IMG/VR virus record: IMGVR_UViG_3300032304_000956
Span: 5,829 to 69,828 of that record
DNA: 64,000 nucleotides
Direction: 5' to 3' (one strand)
Source: a virus
Made by a program: the position numbers and the translations under genes. The notes below the pieces were generated by a model that saw only the letters and a list, made by a program, of their open reading frames with translations, was not told where the DNA came from and did no database searches. Shown one piece after another: positions 48,591 through 57,670 of the stretch. Numbering within the stretch: the stretch's first letter is position 1; the number at the start of each line of letters is the position of its first letter.

Positions 48591-49145
48591 ATGATAAACA
48601 AAATCTATTTTGATATCGACGAGACTATGATACATACACTTTGGGATGAACCAAACCAAAACCATGTTCAGTTTTCTCTTGGTGATGGTGGCTTTACATA
48701 CCACACAATCATTCGTCCATGCAGTTATGCGCTGATTCGTTTCAGTCGTGAATTGGTCGGCAAGGAAAACGTGCATATTCTCACCACAGCAACCAGAGAT
48801 TATGCTGAAAAAATCAACGAACTTGCTGGTTGGGATTTTGATCCAAAGGACATCTTTGCGCGTGAAGATCAAGAAGCTGCAAGAGTTTGGGTTTCTACAG
48901 CGTATGGTGGTAGATATGGTGCAATCACTCCACATGAATACGCCAATCCAAATAACGTTTTGATTGACAATCTTATACCTCGGGAAAATCAAGGTAAGAT
49001 ACAATTCATCGGTATTGATGATAACTACGAGACAAATTATCTCAAAATTCAAGATTACTACGGTGTTGATTTTCCTGAAGATCCATTTGAAGAGGATGTG
49101 AGAGAGTTTCTTATTGAGCGCCATAAAAATAAAACACTGCCATAA
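48591..49145 (+). CDS. HAD-superfamily (NIF/FCP1-like) phosphatase
   Basis: FDIDETMIH, IRP, LTTATRDYA, LIDN. Confidence 0.75.
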   Translation: MINKIYFDIDETMIHTLWDEPNQNHVQFSLGDGGFTYHTIIRPCSYALIRFSRELVGKENVHILTTATRDYAEKINELAGWDFDPKDIFAREDQEAARVWVSTAYGGRYGAITPHEYANPNNVLIDNLIPRENQGKIQFIGIDDNYETNYLKIQDYYGVDFPEDPFEEDVREFLIERHKNKTLP

Positions 49146-49157
49146 CCTTCAAACATC

Positions 49158-49235
49158 ATGAACATCAGCGAAGTTATATTGACGATCTCGTTAAGTTTTG
49201 TAATATTATACAGTATCTACTTCAATCGATTGTAA
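49158..49235 (+). CDS. 25-aa membrane peptide
   Basis: MNISEVILTISLSFVILYSIYFNRL, directly after an AAACACTG motif at 49132. Confidence 0.4.
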   Translation: MNISEVILTISLSFVILYSIYFNRL

Positions 49236-49292
49236 TAAACAAAGCTTGACAAATCAAGGGAATGGGGGTATGATATCTCCATTCTCTTTTTT

Positions 49293-49496
49293 ATGTGTGA
49301 CAATAACCTATTAGATACTGACGCAGACCAACTATTTTTCAATAACTTCAAGAGCATGGCAATTGCCATATTGGAAGCAGGTGGTGAACCATTTAGTGTG
49401 CTTGAACCACACATCGAATGGATCAAATCAATGAGCAACAACAACATCGAAATATCATTCAAATACAAAAATGAAAAGCATCTGGTTATCAATTAA
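49293..49496 (+). CDS. hypothetical protein
   Basis: 67-aa ORF; TTGACA...TATGAT upstream. Confidence 0.5.
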   Translation: MCDNNLLDTDADQLFFNNFKSMAIAILEAGGEPFSVLEPHIEWIKSMSNNNIEISFKYKNEKHLVIN

Positions 49497-49860
49497 AGAA
49501 TTCTTCAGCCCTAAGCAACGCTGGTTGACCAAGAAGATTCCTAATCATTGGATGGATAAGCCTGAATTGATTCAGCTTGTTCTGTTTGAAACTCTCATCG
49601 ATTATGTTGAGAATGAAGAAGGACTTAAGGATCAATTTGATTTCTCTGAAGATCTTCAAGCGGGCTACATTAAGCAGGAATATGTTGATAATGTAAAAGC
49701 TGTTGACGGAGAACTTCGAAGAGTTTACAACTACATCAAGAATGAACGTCCAAAACTTGAAGAAAATTGGGATTGTTATAAAGATTTACAAGAGCTAGAT
49801 CGTCGTGATTTAGACGCTATGACTACAATCGTCAAGTATTCAGGCTACCTCTGGACATGA
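49471..49860 (+). CDS. hypothetical conserved phage protein
   Basis: WMDKPELI..LFETLIDYVENE...SGYLWT. Confidence 0.6.
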   Translation: MKSIWLSIKEFFSPKQRWLTKKIPNHWMDKPELIQLVLFETLIDYVENEEGLKDQFDFSEDLQAGYIKQEYVDNVKAVDGELRRVYNYIKNERPKLEENWDCYKDLQELDRRDLDAMTTIVKYSGYLWT

Positions 49861-49863
49861 ATT

Positions 49864-49886
49864 AAACACTGACGTATTCTACTAAC
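49864..49886 (+). promoter_or_regulatory. AAACACTG-N3-TAnnnT promoter
   Basis: aaacactg acg tattct actaac ATG. Confidence 0.65.
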
Positions 49887-50669
49887 ATGCCTAGAGAAAC
49901 ACTAATCATCGGTTCACACGCAATGCAAGCGTGGTTCCCGGATTTCAAACGAAATCCCAAAGACCTTGATGTTATTTCAAAAACTCCTCATATGTCTAGG
50001 GAGACGCAGCATTATTGGGTTGACAGCTTTCAATACATTCTTGATAACAACAAGAGTAATATTTACGTCGATCCTAATTTTCTGCTAACGATTAAGCAAT
50101 CACATTCGGGTTGGGATATTCACTGGGAGAAAACCATGGCAGACATTCTCTTTTTGAAAAAGCGGGGATGCGTGGTTGACAAAGAATTGTATTACCGTCT
50201 TGTTAAAGATTGGATTGGCGTTCACGGTAAGAAGTGGGCAAGTCTCAAAGGTAAGACGAGCACTACATTCTTCGAGGATGCAGTTCCTCGTAAATACATC
50301 CACGATGATATCCATGAAGTTGTTGCCGTTTACGACAAACCGCTTTATGAAAAACTGATTGTCGAAGGTGTAAATTGTTCTCAATCAGGATTTGACAAAC
50401 TTTCATTTGATGATAAAATACTCATGACAAAAGAAGAAATTTGGGTAACTGCTCTTGAGCGTTATCACATTCCTTCTAATTTCACATGCGGTCATGCTGC
50501 TGCATATGGAAAAAGTCTCAAGAAACTTGCAACCACGATGTCATCCGGGTGGTTCAAGTTCTTCATTCTGGATAATTTCCAGCATCTAACTGGATGCAAA
50601 GACAAAAACTACATTGAAAAATTTCAACAAGCAGAATCTCAAAACAAACTACGAAAATATGAAAACTAA
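49887..50669 (+). CDS. putative nucleotidyltransferase (Pol-beta-like GS..DxD)
   Basis: IIGSHAM...PKDLDV; LLTIKQSH; YIHDDIHE. Confidence 0.65.
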   Translation: MPRETLIIGSHAMQAWFPDFKRNPKDLDVISKTPHMSRETQHYWVDSFQYILDNNKSNIYVDPNFLLTIKQSHSGWDIHWEKTMADILFLKKRGCVVDKELYYRLVKDWIGVHGKKWASLKGKTSTTFFEDAVPRKYIHDDIHEVVAVYDKPLYEKLIVEGVNCSQSGFDKLSFDDKILMTKEEIWVTALERYHIPSNFTCGHAAAYGKSLKKLATTMSSGWFKFFILDNFQHLTGCKDKNYIEKFQQAESQNKLRKYEN

Positions 50670-51183
50670 TACTCCAGCATCAATCGACACCACTATCGAA
50701 TCCCTCAATCAACAGCTTGCCAATCTTGAAGCTGTCAAGAAGAAGCAGGAAAAGGCATTGAAGGATGAAATCGCTCGACAGGAACAACTCAAGGCTGAAA
50801 TCGCATCCAAGAATAAGTTCAATGGTTGGACTCCTACCGAGAAGAGCCTCATTAGTGTTATCCAAATGTCAGAAAATCAAGCCAATCTGCCATTCTTCAA
50901 GAATCTTAAATACACTTCTAGTGTGTATGGACTCGCTCATGACGATGTAGAGTTGAAATTTGGTGATGGTTGGAAGATTGAAAATCACTATCGTCATGGC
51001 GGCGGCGAAGGTGATGGATCAGAACATTATGTTGTTCTCAAGGTCACTCAGAATGACATCAATGAAACGTTCTGGATGGTTCCGGGATATTATGAATCCT
51101 ACAACGGTAGTGAGCTAGAATTGGATTGTATTCATCAGGTCGAGCCATACCAAAAGACTGTTACCGACTACAGGGCGATCTAA
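50659..51183 (+). CDS. hypothetical conserved phage protein
   Basis: GGGEGDG..YVVLKV..GYYESYNGSE. Confidence 0.6.
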   Translation: MKTNTPASIDTTIESLNQQLANLEAVKKKQEKALKDEIARQEQLKAEIASKNKFNGWTPTEKSLISVIQMSENQANLPFFKNLKYTSSVYGLAHDDVELKFGDGWKIENHYRHGGGEGDGSEHYVVLKVTQNDINETFWMVPGYYESYNGSELELDCIHQVEPYQKTVTDYRAI

Positions 51184-51184
51184 T

Positions 51185-51454
51185 ATGTCTACCGTTGATC
51201 GATACATCTTCCGGGTGAATTTCTCCCATGCTTATAAAATCACATCAGCTGGACTTTATACTCACCCGGAAGGTGATTATGTAAAATATTCAGATTACAA
51301 ACATCTCTCCGATTATTGTGATCACCTTGTCAGCTTTAGTAAGCTTCCATGTCTTCCTAAAGATTTAGAAAATCTCAGAAATGCAAATGCATTCTTCGCA
51401 ACCGAAAACCAAAAACTAAAAGATGAAATTGAAAGACTCAAGCGTTCCATTTGA
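51185..51454 (+). CDS. hypothetical protein
   Basis: GDYVKYSDY motif with coiled-coil end. Confidence 0.55.
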   Translation: MSTVDRYIFRVNFSHAYKITSAGLYTHPEGDYVKYSDYKHLSDYCDHLVSFSKLPCLPKDLENLRNANAFFATENQKLKDEIERLKRSI

Positions 51455-52076
51455 TGAATATTTAATTAAACGGTATCCCACTCTCTTTCCTAAAGATGAG
51501 CAGGGCAATCCAATTCAGCCATCATGTGGTATTTGGTGTCCTGTAGGTTGGGAGAATCTTGTGGATGATTTGTGTAAAGCTCTGTCATCATATTGCTGCA
51601 TGCAGCAAGTGTATACGGAGAAATACAAGCCGATTCGAATTGTTAAAGAATGGTTCTATAAGAAGATTTTCTCAAAGGTCTTCGATCCTATCTACAATAG
51701 ACTCAACCCATATAAGAAACAAATCTTCCTCACCGCTGCACAAAGAGCTAAGTTTCAAGAAGAAAATAAACTCAAAATGGGTATTTGGAATTGTCTGAAT
51801 AAAATCAGAAAGATTTTCTATCCATACTACAAGTGGGATATCTCACCAGTTCCACCTGTTACGATTGATCAGATCAAAGAAAAGTTCGGACAACTCCGAG
51901 TTTACTATGACGGTGGTGATAAAAAAGTTGCTGGTATGATTAGCTTCGCTGAATTTCTATCATCTACTATTTGTCAATATACTGGAAACAGAGGCAGTCT
52001 TTGTAAAAGGGGTGGATGGTATGCTACGCTGAGTCCAGAAGAAGCAGAAAAACATAATTACAAAAAACAAGCTTAA
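51423..52076 (+). CDS. conserved phage protein (QIKEKFGxLRxY family)
   Basis: GWENLVDDLC...QIKEKFGQLRVYY...SSTICQYTG. Confidence 0.65.
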   Translation: MKLKDSSVPFDEYLIKRYPTLFPKDEQGNPIQPSCGIWCPVGWENLVDDLCKALSSYCCMQQVYTEKYKPIRIVKEWFYKKIFSKVFDPIYNRLNPYKKQIFLTAAQRAKFQEENKLKMGIWNCLNKIRKIFYPYYKWDISPVPPVTIDQIKEKFGQLRVYYDGGDKKVAGMISFAEFLSSTICQYTGNRGSLCKRGGWYATLSPEEAEKHNYKKQA

Positions 52077-52077
52077 T

Positions 52078-52335
52078 ATGCAACAAGAACAATACATATA
52101 CATTAACAAATATGATCATAAGATTTACTACAAAGACCGAGCGATGACTATCTGTCACCGCCTAGATGGACCAGCAATTGAATATGCTAATGGATATAAA
52201 GAATGGTATGTCGATGGTAAACGTCTATCAAAAGAACAGTTCAATGCTCTTACAGCACCAGCATTAGAATTGACATTGGAAGATATTGCAAGTAAGTTTG
52301 GTATTGATGTAAGCAAGATCAAGATCAAGAAGTAA
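52078..52335 (+). CDS. HRxDGPA-repeat family protein (single unit)
   Basis: HRLDGPAIEYANGYKEWYVDGKR. Confidence 0.65.
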   Translation: MQQEQYIYINKYDHKIYYKDRAMTICHRLDGPAIEYANGYKEWYVDGKRLSKEQFNALTAPALELTLEDIASKFGIDVSKIKIKK

Positions 52336-52357
52336 GGAGCAGTAATAAAATAAACAT

Positions 52358-52744
52358 ATGCAATCAAAGGAATACATTCTTATCACACGACCAATCAAAC
52401 CTCTTGAATATTACAAAGGCGGCGAGGTGATTTCTGTAGAAAGAATCAGCGAAGATGAAAAATTGAATTTTGATCCTGATTATGATTATTATCTCGCAAG
52501 AGATTATGATTATGATGATCCATTTGCTATGAAGTTGTTGAAGTCTGCAAAGCCAAACTTTAAAAATCCTAATTACGAGCAGGAGAAAGCAAAGTATGAC
52601 GATGATTATAGGCAATACAAGAGCCAATTAAAGAAATGGAACACTGCGAACAAACTGTATGAAGCTGAACAAGCAGAACTGACCAAGCAAAAGGAAATGC
52701 AACTGCTGAAACAACTCCAAGAAAAATACGGCAAAATCGATTAA
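52358..52744 (+). CDS. hypothetical protein
   Basis: 128-aa ORF. Confidence 0.6.
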   Translation: MQSKEYILITRPIKPLEYYKGGEVISVERISEDEKLNFDPDYDYYLARDYDYDDPFAMKLLKSAKPNFKNPNYEQEKAKYDDDYRQYKSQLKKWNTANKLYEAEQAELTKQKEMQLLKQLQEKYGKID

Positions 52745-52761
52745 AAGCAAAGTAATGAATG

Positions 52762-53322
52762 TTATTTCGGGTTCTTCGACCAGTTACTGACAACCAACAT
52801 GCAATAGTTTATAAAATCATCTTTGTTTAAATCTTTTTTCATTAAATTTATAACATGGGTGCATATCACAATGTTATCAGGTTCGTAGCCCATTTTGGAA
52901 TCGATTCTATCAATAGAAAAATGATCAGGGTTGTTGGGGGTCACTTTCATTTTCAATCCGGTGTAATAACAATATCCTTGCTGTTTATTCCATTGATTTA
53001 CAACGTCTTCAACTGTTAAATTAAACGCTCTCCCTTTTTGACCACTTCGATATTTTGCTTGATAGAATTTATAACGTATAGCCTCTTCCAACGTTTGTGT
53101 TTTTCTGCTGTCGTGCCACCTCTTCTTGCCAATTTCATTTTCGCATTTTCTACATCGTCTTCTGTATAAATGTTTATTTTTTCCAAAATCTTCTAAATAT
53201 TTCACATCTTTACAATTACAACATCGCCTAACTCCTATCTTAAATAATTCTCGTTGTGCTTTTTGTGGAGATGGATAAGTATCTTCAATTATTTTTATTT
53301 GTTTTTCAATGTCATCATTCAT
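52762..53322 (-). CDS. HNH-type homing endonuclease
   Basis: CCNC..CRKC, CYYTG, SIDRIDSKMGYEPDNIVIC...NLMK; opposite strand; TAAATA upstream. Confidence 0.8.
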   Translation of the reverse strand: MNDDIEKQIKIIEDTYPSPQKAQRELFKIGVRRCCNCKDVKYLEDFGKNKHLYRRRCRKCENEIGKKRWHDSRKTQTLEEAIRYKFYQAKYRSGQKGRAFNLTVEDVVNQWNKQQGYCYYTGLKMKVTPNNPDHFSIDRIDSKMGYEPDNIVICTHVINLMKKDLNKDDFINYCMLVVSNWSKNPK

Positions 53323-53372
53323 AATATTATTTAGTCAAATTTGTCATTTTTTTGCACGAAAGTTCGAATCTT

Positions 53373-53650
53373 TTGTTCAGATTCTGCGTCTTTGCAGAGT
53401 GGGCATTCAATTTTTCACCGATGGTCAATACATGGTGAATGTTAAAGAATTCAATCCTGAGTATCACAAACTGCTTATGGATATCAAGACCTGCCCTGAG
53501 AAATATGAAAGGGATCAACTTGAACAGATGGTGAATGATGAATTTGCCGAGCTTGAACAGGTGATTGATAATACCGATGTTGAATACAAATTTGATGATG
53601 AGCTTGCTGCTCAAATCATTCTTGATGGACGCAAGCATTTTATAGATTAA
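53373..53650 (+). pseudogene. 3' fragment of an RlaP/YcgL-like nucleotidyltransferase
   Basis: FVQILRLCRVGIQFFTDG..VNV...LLMDIK resembles the C-terminal helical domain; no catalytic N-terminal half. Confidence 0.5.
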
Positions 53651-53671
53651 ACACTGTAATAAAATAAAGAA
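53649..53671 (+). promoter_or_regulatory. AAACACTG-N3-TAnnnT promoter
   Basis: aaacactg taa taaaat aaagaa ATG. Confidence 0.65.
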
Positions 53672-54322
53672 ATGAAAAAAACAACATACGGTATCATCAT
53701 TGATACAGAACAATACGCTGGAAATTTTGAACGTGAACTTTGCGCATTTCTTACGGGAAGAGTCGGAGAATGTGGCGTCGGAGACGAATATGAAGATGAA
53801 AATCCTTTGTTTGAAAATGTAATCGACGTTCCTGATGAGGATGGTTGCGAACGACCATGTTCAATTTACCCAACAAAAGGATGGTTTAATCATGGCTTTG
53901 GCGGGAATTTTAAAGAAGGTCAAGAACAGGAGGCACTTGAGGATTATAGAAAACAGGTATCAGCATATTATAATCAAGGAATCAAGAATTTAAAGATAAT
54001 CGAAAAAGATCTTAAAGCGGGTAAAACCGTTGGAAACTGGACTCTTGAAGCTATTGCGAGAGATCGAAAACATAAAGAATCGGAAATTGAAAAAGCCGAA
54101 AAGCTCGAAACTGTTAATAAATATCCAGCAGCTTTAAGCGTGGTAATATACATGGACTCACCGCCAACACAAGAGCAAATCGATTACATCAAAAACAAAA
54201 TTGGCGGATTTCGAGAAGCTTTCTTAAAAGAACATACTTACAAAGATGATTTCGAGTTTACCGTTACTGGCATACGAACGATGAAATCTTCAACAAACGA
54301 AGAAACTTTTGACGTAGCATGA
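53672..54322 (+). CDS. conserved phage protein (DTEQYAGNFERELCA family)
   Basis: N-terminal motif recognised; 216 aa. Confidence 0.6.
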   Translation: MKKTTYGIIIDTEQYAGNFERELCAFLTGRVGECGVGDEYEDENPLFENVIDVPDEDGCERPCSIYPTKGWFNHGFGGNFKEGQEQEALEDYRKQVSAYYNQGIKNLKIIEKDLKAGKTVGNWTLEAIARDRKHKESEIEKAEKLETVNKYPAALSVVIYMDSPPTQEQIDYIKNKIGGFREAFLKEHTYKDDFEFTVTGIRTMKSSTNEETFDVA

Positions 54323-54729
54323 GAGAACTTAAATTTCGCGTTTGGGACAATTTGAAAAAAGAATGGATCTCAAACAAACACATCTGGAGAATGCGAACAG
54401 ATGAGCATGGCGTCGGAGAAATTCTTCCAAATACATTTTACTGGAAGCAACATCCAGATGGATTGACTTACCAGCAATACACTGGCTTGAAAGACAAAGA
54501 CGGTGTTGAGATTTATGAAGGGGATATTATCGTGTTTCCATTGTTCGAAAATGATAATACTGTGTCATATAATTATTTTCAAGTGATATGGGATAATTTT
54601 TATTCTGCTTGGTCTTTTGCAAAAAAAGACGGGAAGCCACTTACACATACAGGTTGGAGAATTTATTATAGCGATGCAACTGAAGTCATCGGAAACCTGT
54701 TTGAAAATCCCGAACTACTAGAACATTGA
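54319..54729 (+). CDS. YopX-family protein 1
   Basis: RELKFRVWD / QYTGLKDKDGVEIYEGDI / EVIGNLFENPELL. Confidence 0.9.
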   Translation: MRELKFRVWDNLKKEWISNKHIWRMRTDEHGVGEILPNTFYWKQHPDGLTYQQYTGLKDKDGVEIYEGDIIVFPLFENDNTVSYNYFQVIWDNFYSAWSFAKKDGKPLTHTGWRIYYSDATEVIGNLFENPELLEH

Positions 54730-54986
54730 AAAAGAAATCAGACAATCAAATAGCACTTGATCGTGCTCTCAATGACATTGATGCGATGGGTATTCTCAGT
54801 CTGATGTCTTATATGAAAAGTGTTGTGGTGCAAGAATTTGATCGTGATAGAAATAAAATTCTACAGTATCACTTAACTGGTTACGCTGATACAGCACTCT
54901 CAAATCTTGATAAAGTTAGAGATAAGTTTGAAGAGGTTTACGACCGAGAATTTAAAAAATTATACGACCAAAGAGAACAAGAATAA
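54726..54986 (+). CDS. hypothetical protein (cargo in YopX array)
   Basis: TTG start overlapping the YopX1 stop. Confidence 0.5.
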   Translation: MKKKSDNQIALDRALNDIDAMGILSLMSYMKSVVVQEFDRDRNKILQYHLTGYADTALSNLDKVRDKFEEVYDREFKKLYDQREQE

Positions 54987-54989
54987 ATC

Positions 54990-55199
54990 ATGAATATCAA
55001 AACACTAGATCAGGCAATTATTGAGACACTCGACAAAACCATTTCCTTACAAATCAAGGTATTGAATAAACTTCTCAAAAATAGTCAACTCAACCCCGGT
55101 CCTTTGCTTGAAAAGGTCAAGGAGTTATCTCAATCCCTTGTTGACCATGGATATGAACCTATTCCATATGTTGAAGAAATGCCAGAAGACAAGGTGTAA
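54990..55199 (+). CDS. hypothetical protein (cargo in YopX array)
   Basis: 69-aa ORF. Confidence 0.5.
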   Translation: MNIKTLDQAIIETLDKTISLQIKVLNKLLKNSQLNPGPLLEKVKELSQSLVDHGYEPIPYVEEMPEDKV

Positions 55200-55217
55200 A
55201 CAAGTCTAATAGAACAA

Positions 55218-55319
55218 ATGAGAACCGTTTTAAACTACCTGATTCTTATTGCATGGTTTGTCGTTGCATTCGTTGAAATTTCCACATCATTAGTCATTGA
55301 TAAATTTACAAAACGCTGA
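55218..55319 (+). CDS. 33-aa membrane peptide
   Basis: Manual ORF MRTVLNYLILIAWFVVAFVEISTSLVIDKFTKR. Confidence 0.4.
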   Translation: MRTVLNYLILIAWFVVAFVEISTSLVIDKFTKR

Positions 55320-55334
55320 ACTACTAGAACAGAA

Positions 55335-55802
55335 ATGAAGGAAATTAAATTTAGAGTGTGGTCGAAAGAGGATAAATCATTTTTACATGCTGATGATATT
55401 GCTATCCGTAATAATGGCAATGTTCTCATTTATGATTGGCATCGCGATTACCGTAAATCATGGAGTTCATCATATGACAATCATACCATTCAGCAATACA
55501 CAGGTCTCAAAGACAAAGACGGCAACGAAATCTATGAAGGTGATATTGTTCGATTCAACGAACCTGTGGAATTGTCAGACGGACTTTTTCTTTCGACTTT
55601 GTATGTTTTTGAATTTTACAATGGCTCTTTCTTGAGACCATACATTTACCAATCTCTCAACGGTGGCAAGTTCATAAACCTCGGGGAAAACAAACTGAAT
55701 CCAACAGGAAGAGCGAAATTGGAGGATAATCCATATTTCGACTTGACTAAAGCAGAGATTGTTGGTAATATCTTCGAAACACCTTTTGAAATAGACTTAT
55801 GA
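55335..55802 (+). CDS. YopX-family protein 2
   Basis: All three YopX motifs present. Confidence 0.9.
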   Translation: MKEIKFRVWSKEDKSFLHADDIAIRNNGNVLIYDWHRDYRKSWSSSYDNHTIQQYTGLKDKDGNEIYEGDIVRFNEPVELSDGLFLSTLYVFEFYNGSFLRPYIYQSLNGGKFINLGENKLNPTGRAKLEDNPYFDLTKAEIVGNIFETPFEIDL

Positions 55803-55864
55803 GAGAACTAAAATTCAGAGTATATGCAAAAGTAAACGATAACGACGAAGATTATGATTCCTGA
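55799..55864 (+). pseudogene. YopX N-terminal remnant
   Basis: MRELKFRVYAKVNDNDEDYDS*. Confidence 0.65.
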
Positions 55865-56069
55865 AAAAGACAAGAAATACGCAATTGCTTTTTATCACCC
55901 TCACTGGCGTGAATGTGACTTTGTTGGAATTGCAACGTGTAACGGTGAGCTTGATGGATTTGGAGATGAAGATAACTATGAGCAATGGTATGGCTTTACC
56001 AATCCAAAATATCCAACTGAAACTTTATGGTTTGCGTCTCAGGATATTGTATGTGAAGTGAATCCATAA
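55854..56069 (+). CDS. hypothetical protein (cargo in YopX array)
   Basis: 71-aa ORF between the YopX remnant and YopX3. Confidence 0.55.
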   Translation: MIPEKDKKYAIAFYHPHWRECDFVGIATCNGELDGFGDEDNYEQWYGFTNPKYPTETLWFASQDIVCEVNP

Positions 56070-56443
56070 TGAGCAGAGAACTTAAATTTAGAATTTTCGA
56101 CAAAGACGTTAAACGATTCTTAACAGAAGAGGATGTTAAAGATTTTGAATTATTCCTAACTACAAACGGTGAGGTATATAGTCAAAAGTTTGGAACCATT
56201 CACACATCATACAAAGCTCAACAATACACTGGCTTGAAAGACAAGAACGGCGTGGAGATTTACGAAGGGGATATTCTTAAACATGATATTGGACTTGGAC
56301 CACTGTATTGGCAAGTGGTTTGGGACTCTGTAGCTGGTCAATGGAGAATTAACAAAGAACACGGGGGAAATACTGGAGAATGGTTTGACAATTATTCGGT
56401 AGCTGGTAATATCTTCGAAAACCCTGAACTAATTAAACAATGA
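56069..56443 (+). CDS. YopX-family protein 3
   Basis: All three YopX motifs present. Confidence 0.9.
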   Translation: MSRELKFRIFDKDVKRFLTEEDVKDFELFLTTNGEVYSQKFGTIHTSYKAQQYTGLKDKNGVEIYEGDILKHDIGLGPLYWQVVWDSVAGQWRINKEHGGNTGEWFDNYSVAGNIFENPELIKQ

Positions 56444-56871
56444 GCAGAGAAATTAAATTTAGAGTTTGGTCCAAAATTCGTAATAAGTTTACAAAATTTG
56501 TAAATGATTTAATCGGAAATGATATATACTTTACTATTTCTATCTATGGTGAGATTGTAGCTATTGATAGATATGGAGATGAAATAGACATAAATCAAAA
56601 TGATTTCGAGATTCAACAATACACTGGCCTGAAAGACAAGAACGGTGTGGAGATTTATGAAGGTGATATCGTATCCGAACAGTTTACCCAAGAAATGGCA
56701 GCAAATGGGGAGTCGGCAAATATAGGTCGTATTTTTTTTGCTGCTGGAACTTTTATGATTGATGGTGATGGGCCATTGTATGAACATACATTCTCACTCA
56801 CACCAGATATACTTGAGGATTATGTTGTTATCGGCAACATCTACAAAAACCCTGAACTACTAGAACAATGA
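56440..56871 (+). CDS. YopX-family protein 4
   Basis: All three YopX motifs present. Confidence 0.9.
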   Translation: MSREIKFRVWSKIRNKFTKFVNDLIGNDIYFTISIYGEIVAIDRYGDEIDINQNDFEIQQYTGLKDKNGVEIYEGDIVSEQFTQEMAANGESANIGRIFFAAGTFMIDGDGPLYEHTFSLTPDILEDYVVIGNIYKNPELLEQ

Positions 56872-57323
56872 GCAGAGAAATTAAATTTAAAGTATGGGAC
56901 AATGAATATAAAGAATATTCAAATTGGACTAACCGTGATCCTTTTTTTAGCGTATCTCATGGCAAATTATTCTTTTGGGAAAGAACTCAAAATGAAGATG
57001 GAAAATATAGCGGAGATATAATTTTAGAAGACAATGGTGATAGATTCACGCTGCTTCAATACACTGGTCTGAAAGACAAGAACGGTGTGGAGATTTATGA
57101 AGGTGATATTGTCAAAGCCCATCCCGCTGAACGTTGGGGAATGGGTATTGATCAGTCTCAATACGACTACTATTTGCTGAAATCTCCAAAGGTGGTTTTG
57201 TATAAAAATCTATCATTTAAATTATTTGACAATAATGAAGACAATTCATATAGTTATTATTTGGATCAGCACGTTGAAGTCATCGGAAACCTTTACGAAA
57301 ATCCAGAACTATTAAAACAATGA
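56868..57323 (+). CDS. YopX-family protein 5
   Basis: All three YopX motifs present. Confidence 0.9.
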   Translation: MSREIKFKVWDNEYKEYSNWTNRDPFFSVSHGKLFFWERTQNEDGKYSGDIILEDNGDRFTLLQYTGLKDKNGVEIYEGDIVKAHPAERWGMGIDQSQYDYYLLKSPKVVLYKNLSFKLFDNNEDNSYSYYLDQHVEVIGNLYENPELLKQ

Positions 57324-57670
57324 AAAGAGAAATTAAATTCCGAATCTGGATTAGCGATACTGCTCGCTTCATCTATTTTAATGTATTGGATATATTGACC
57401 GATGTTAGAGAAAAAGATCGAGAAAATGTTCAACAATACACTGGCCTAAAAGACAAAAATGGTAAGGAAATCTATGAAGGTGATATTATCAATGGTGAAA
57501 TTTGGATAAATGATCCAAATGGAAAAAGTGGATTTGCCAAAATTACAAATCGGAAGATCTACTTCCAAAGTGGAACTTTCATGGTTGATATTAGAGATTA
57601 TATACATAATGTGTATAAGATCGAAGTGGTCGGCAACCTTTACGAAAACCCTGAACTACTAAAACAATGA
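57320..57670 (+). CDS. YopX-family protein 6
   Basis: All three YopX motifs present. Confidence 0.9.
   Translation: MKREIKFRIWISDTARFIYFNVLDILTDVREKDRENVQQYTGLKDKNGKEIYEGDIINGEIWINDPNGKSGFAKITNRKIYFQSGTFMVDIRDYIHNVYKIEVVGNLYENPELLKQ

Noticed and set aside
55311-55334. aaacgctg as a ninth AAACACTG promoter
   Set aside because: It has no TAnnnT at the right spacing and is better explained as a YopX 3' junction relic.
54319-57670. YopX array as a diversity-generating retroelement or CRISPR-like array
   Set aside because: There is no reverse transcriptase in the window, differences are not adenine-specific, and the units are full ORFs.
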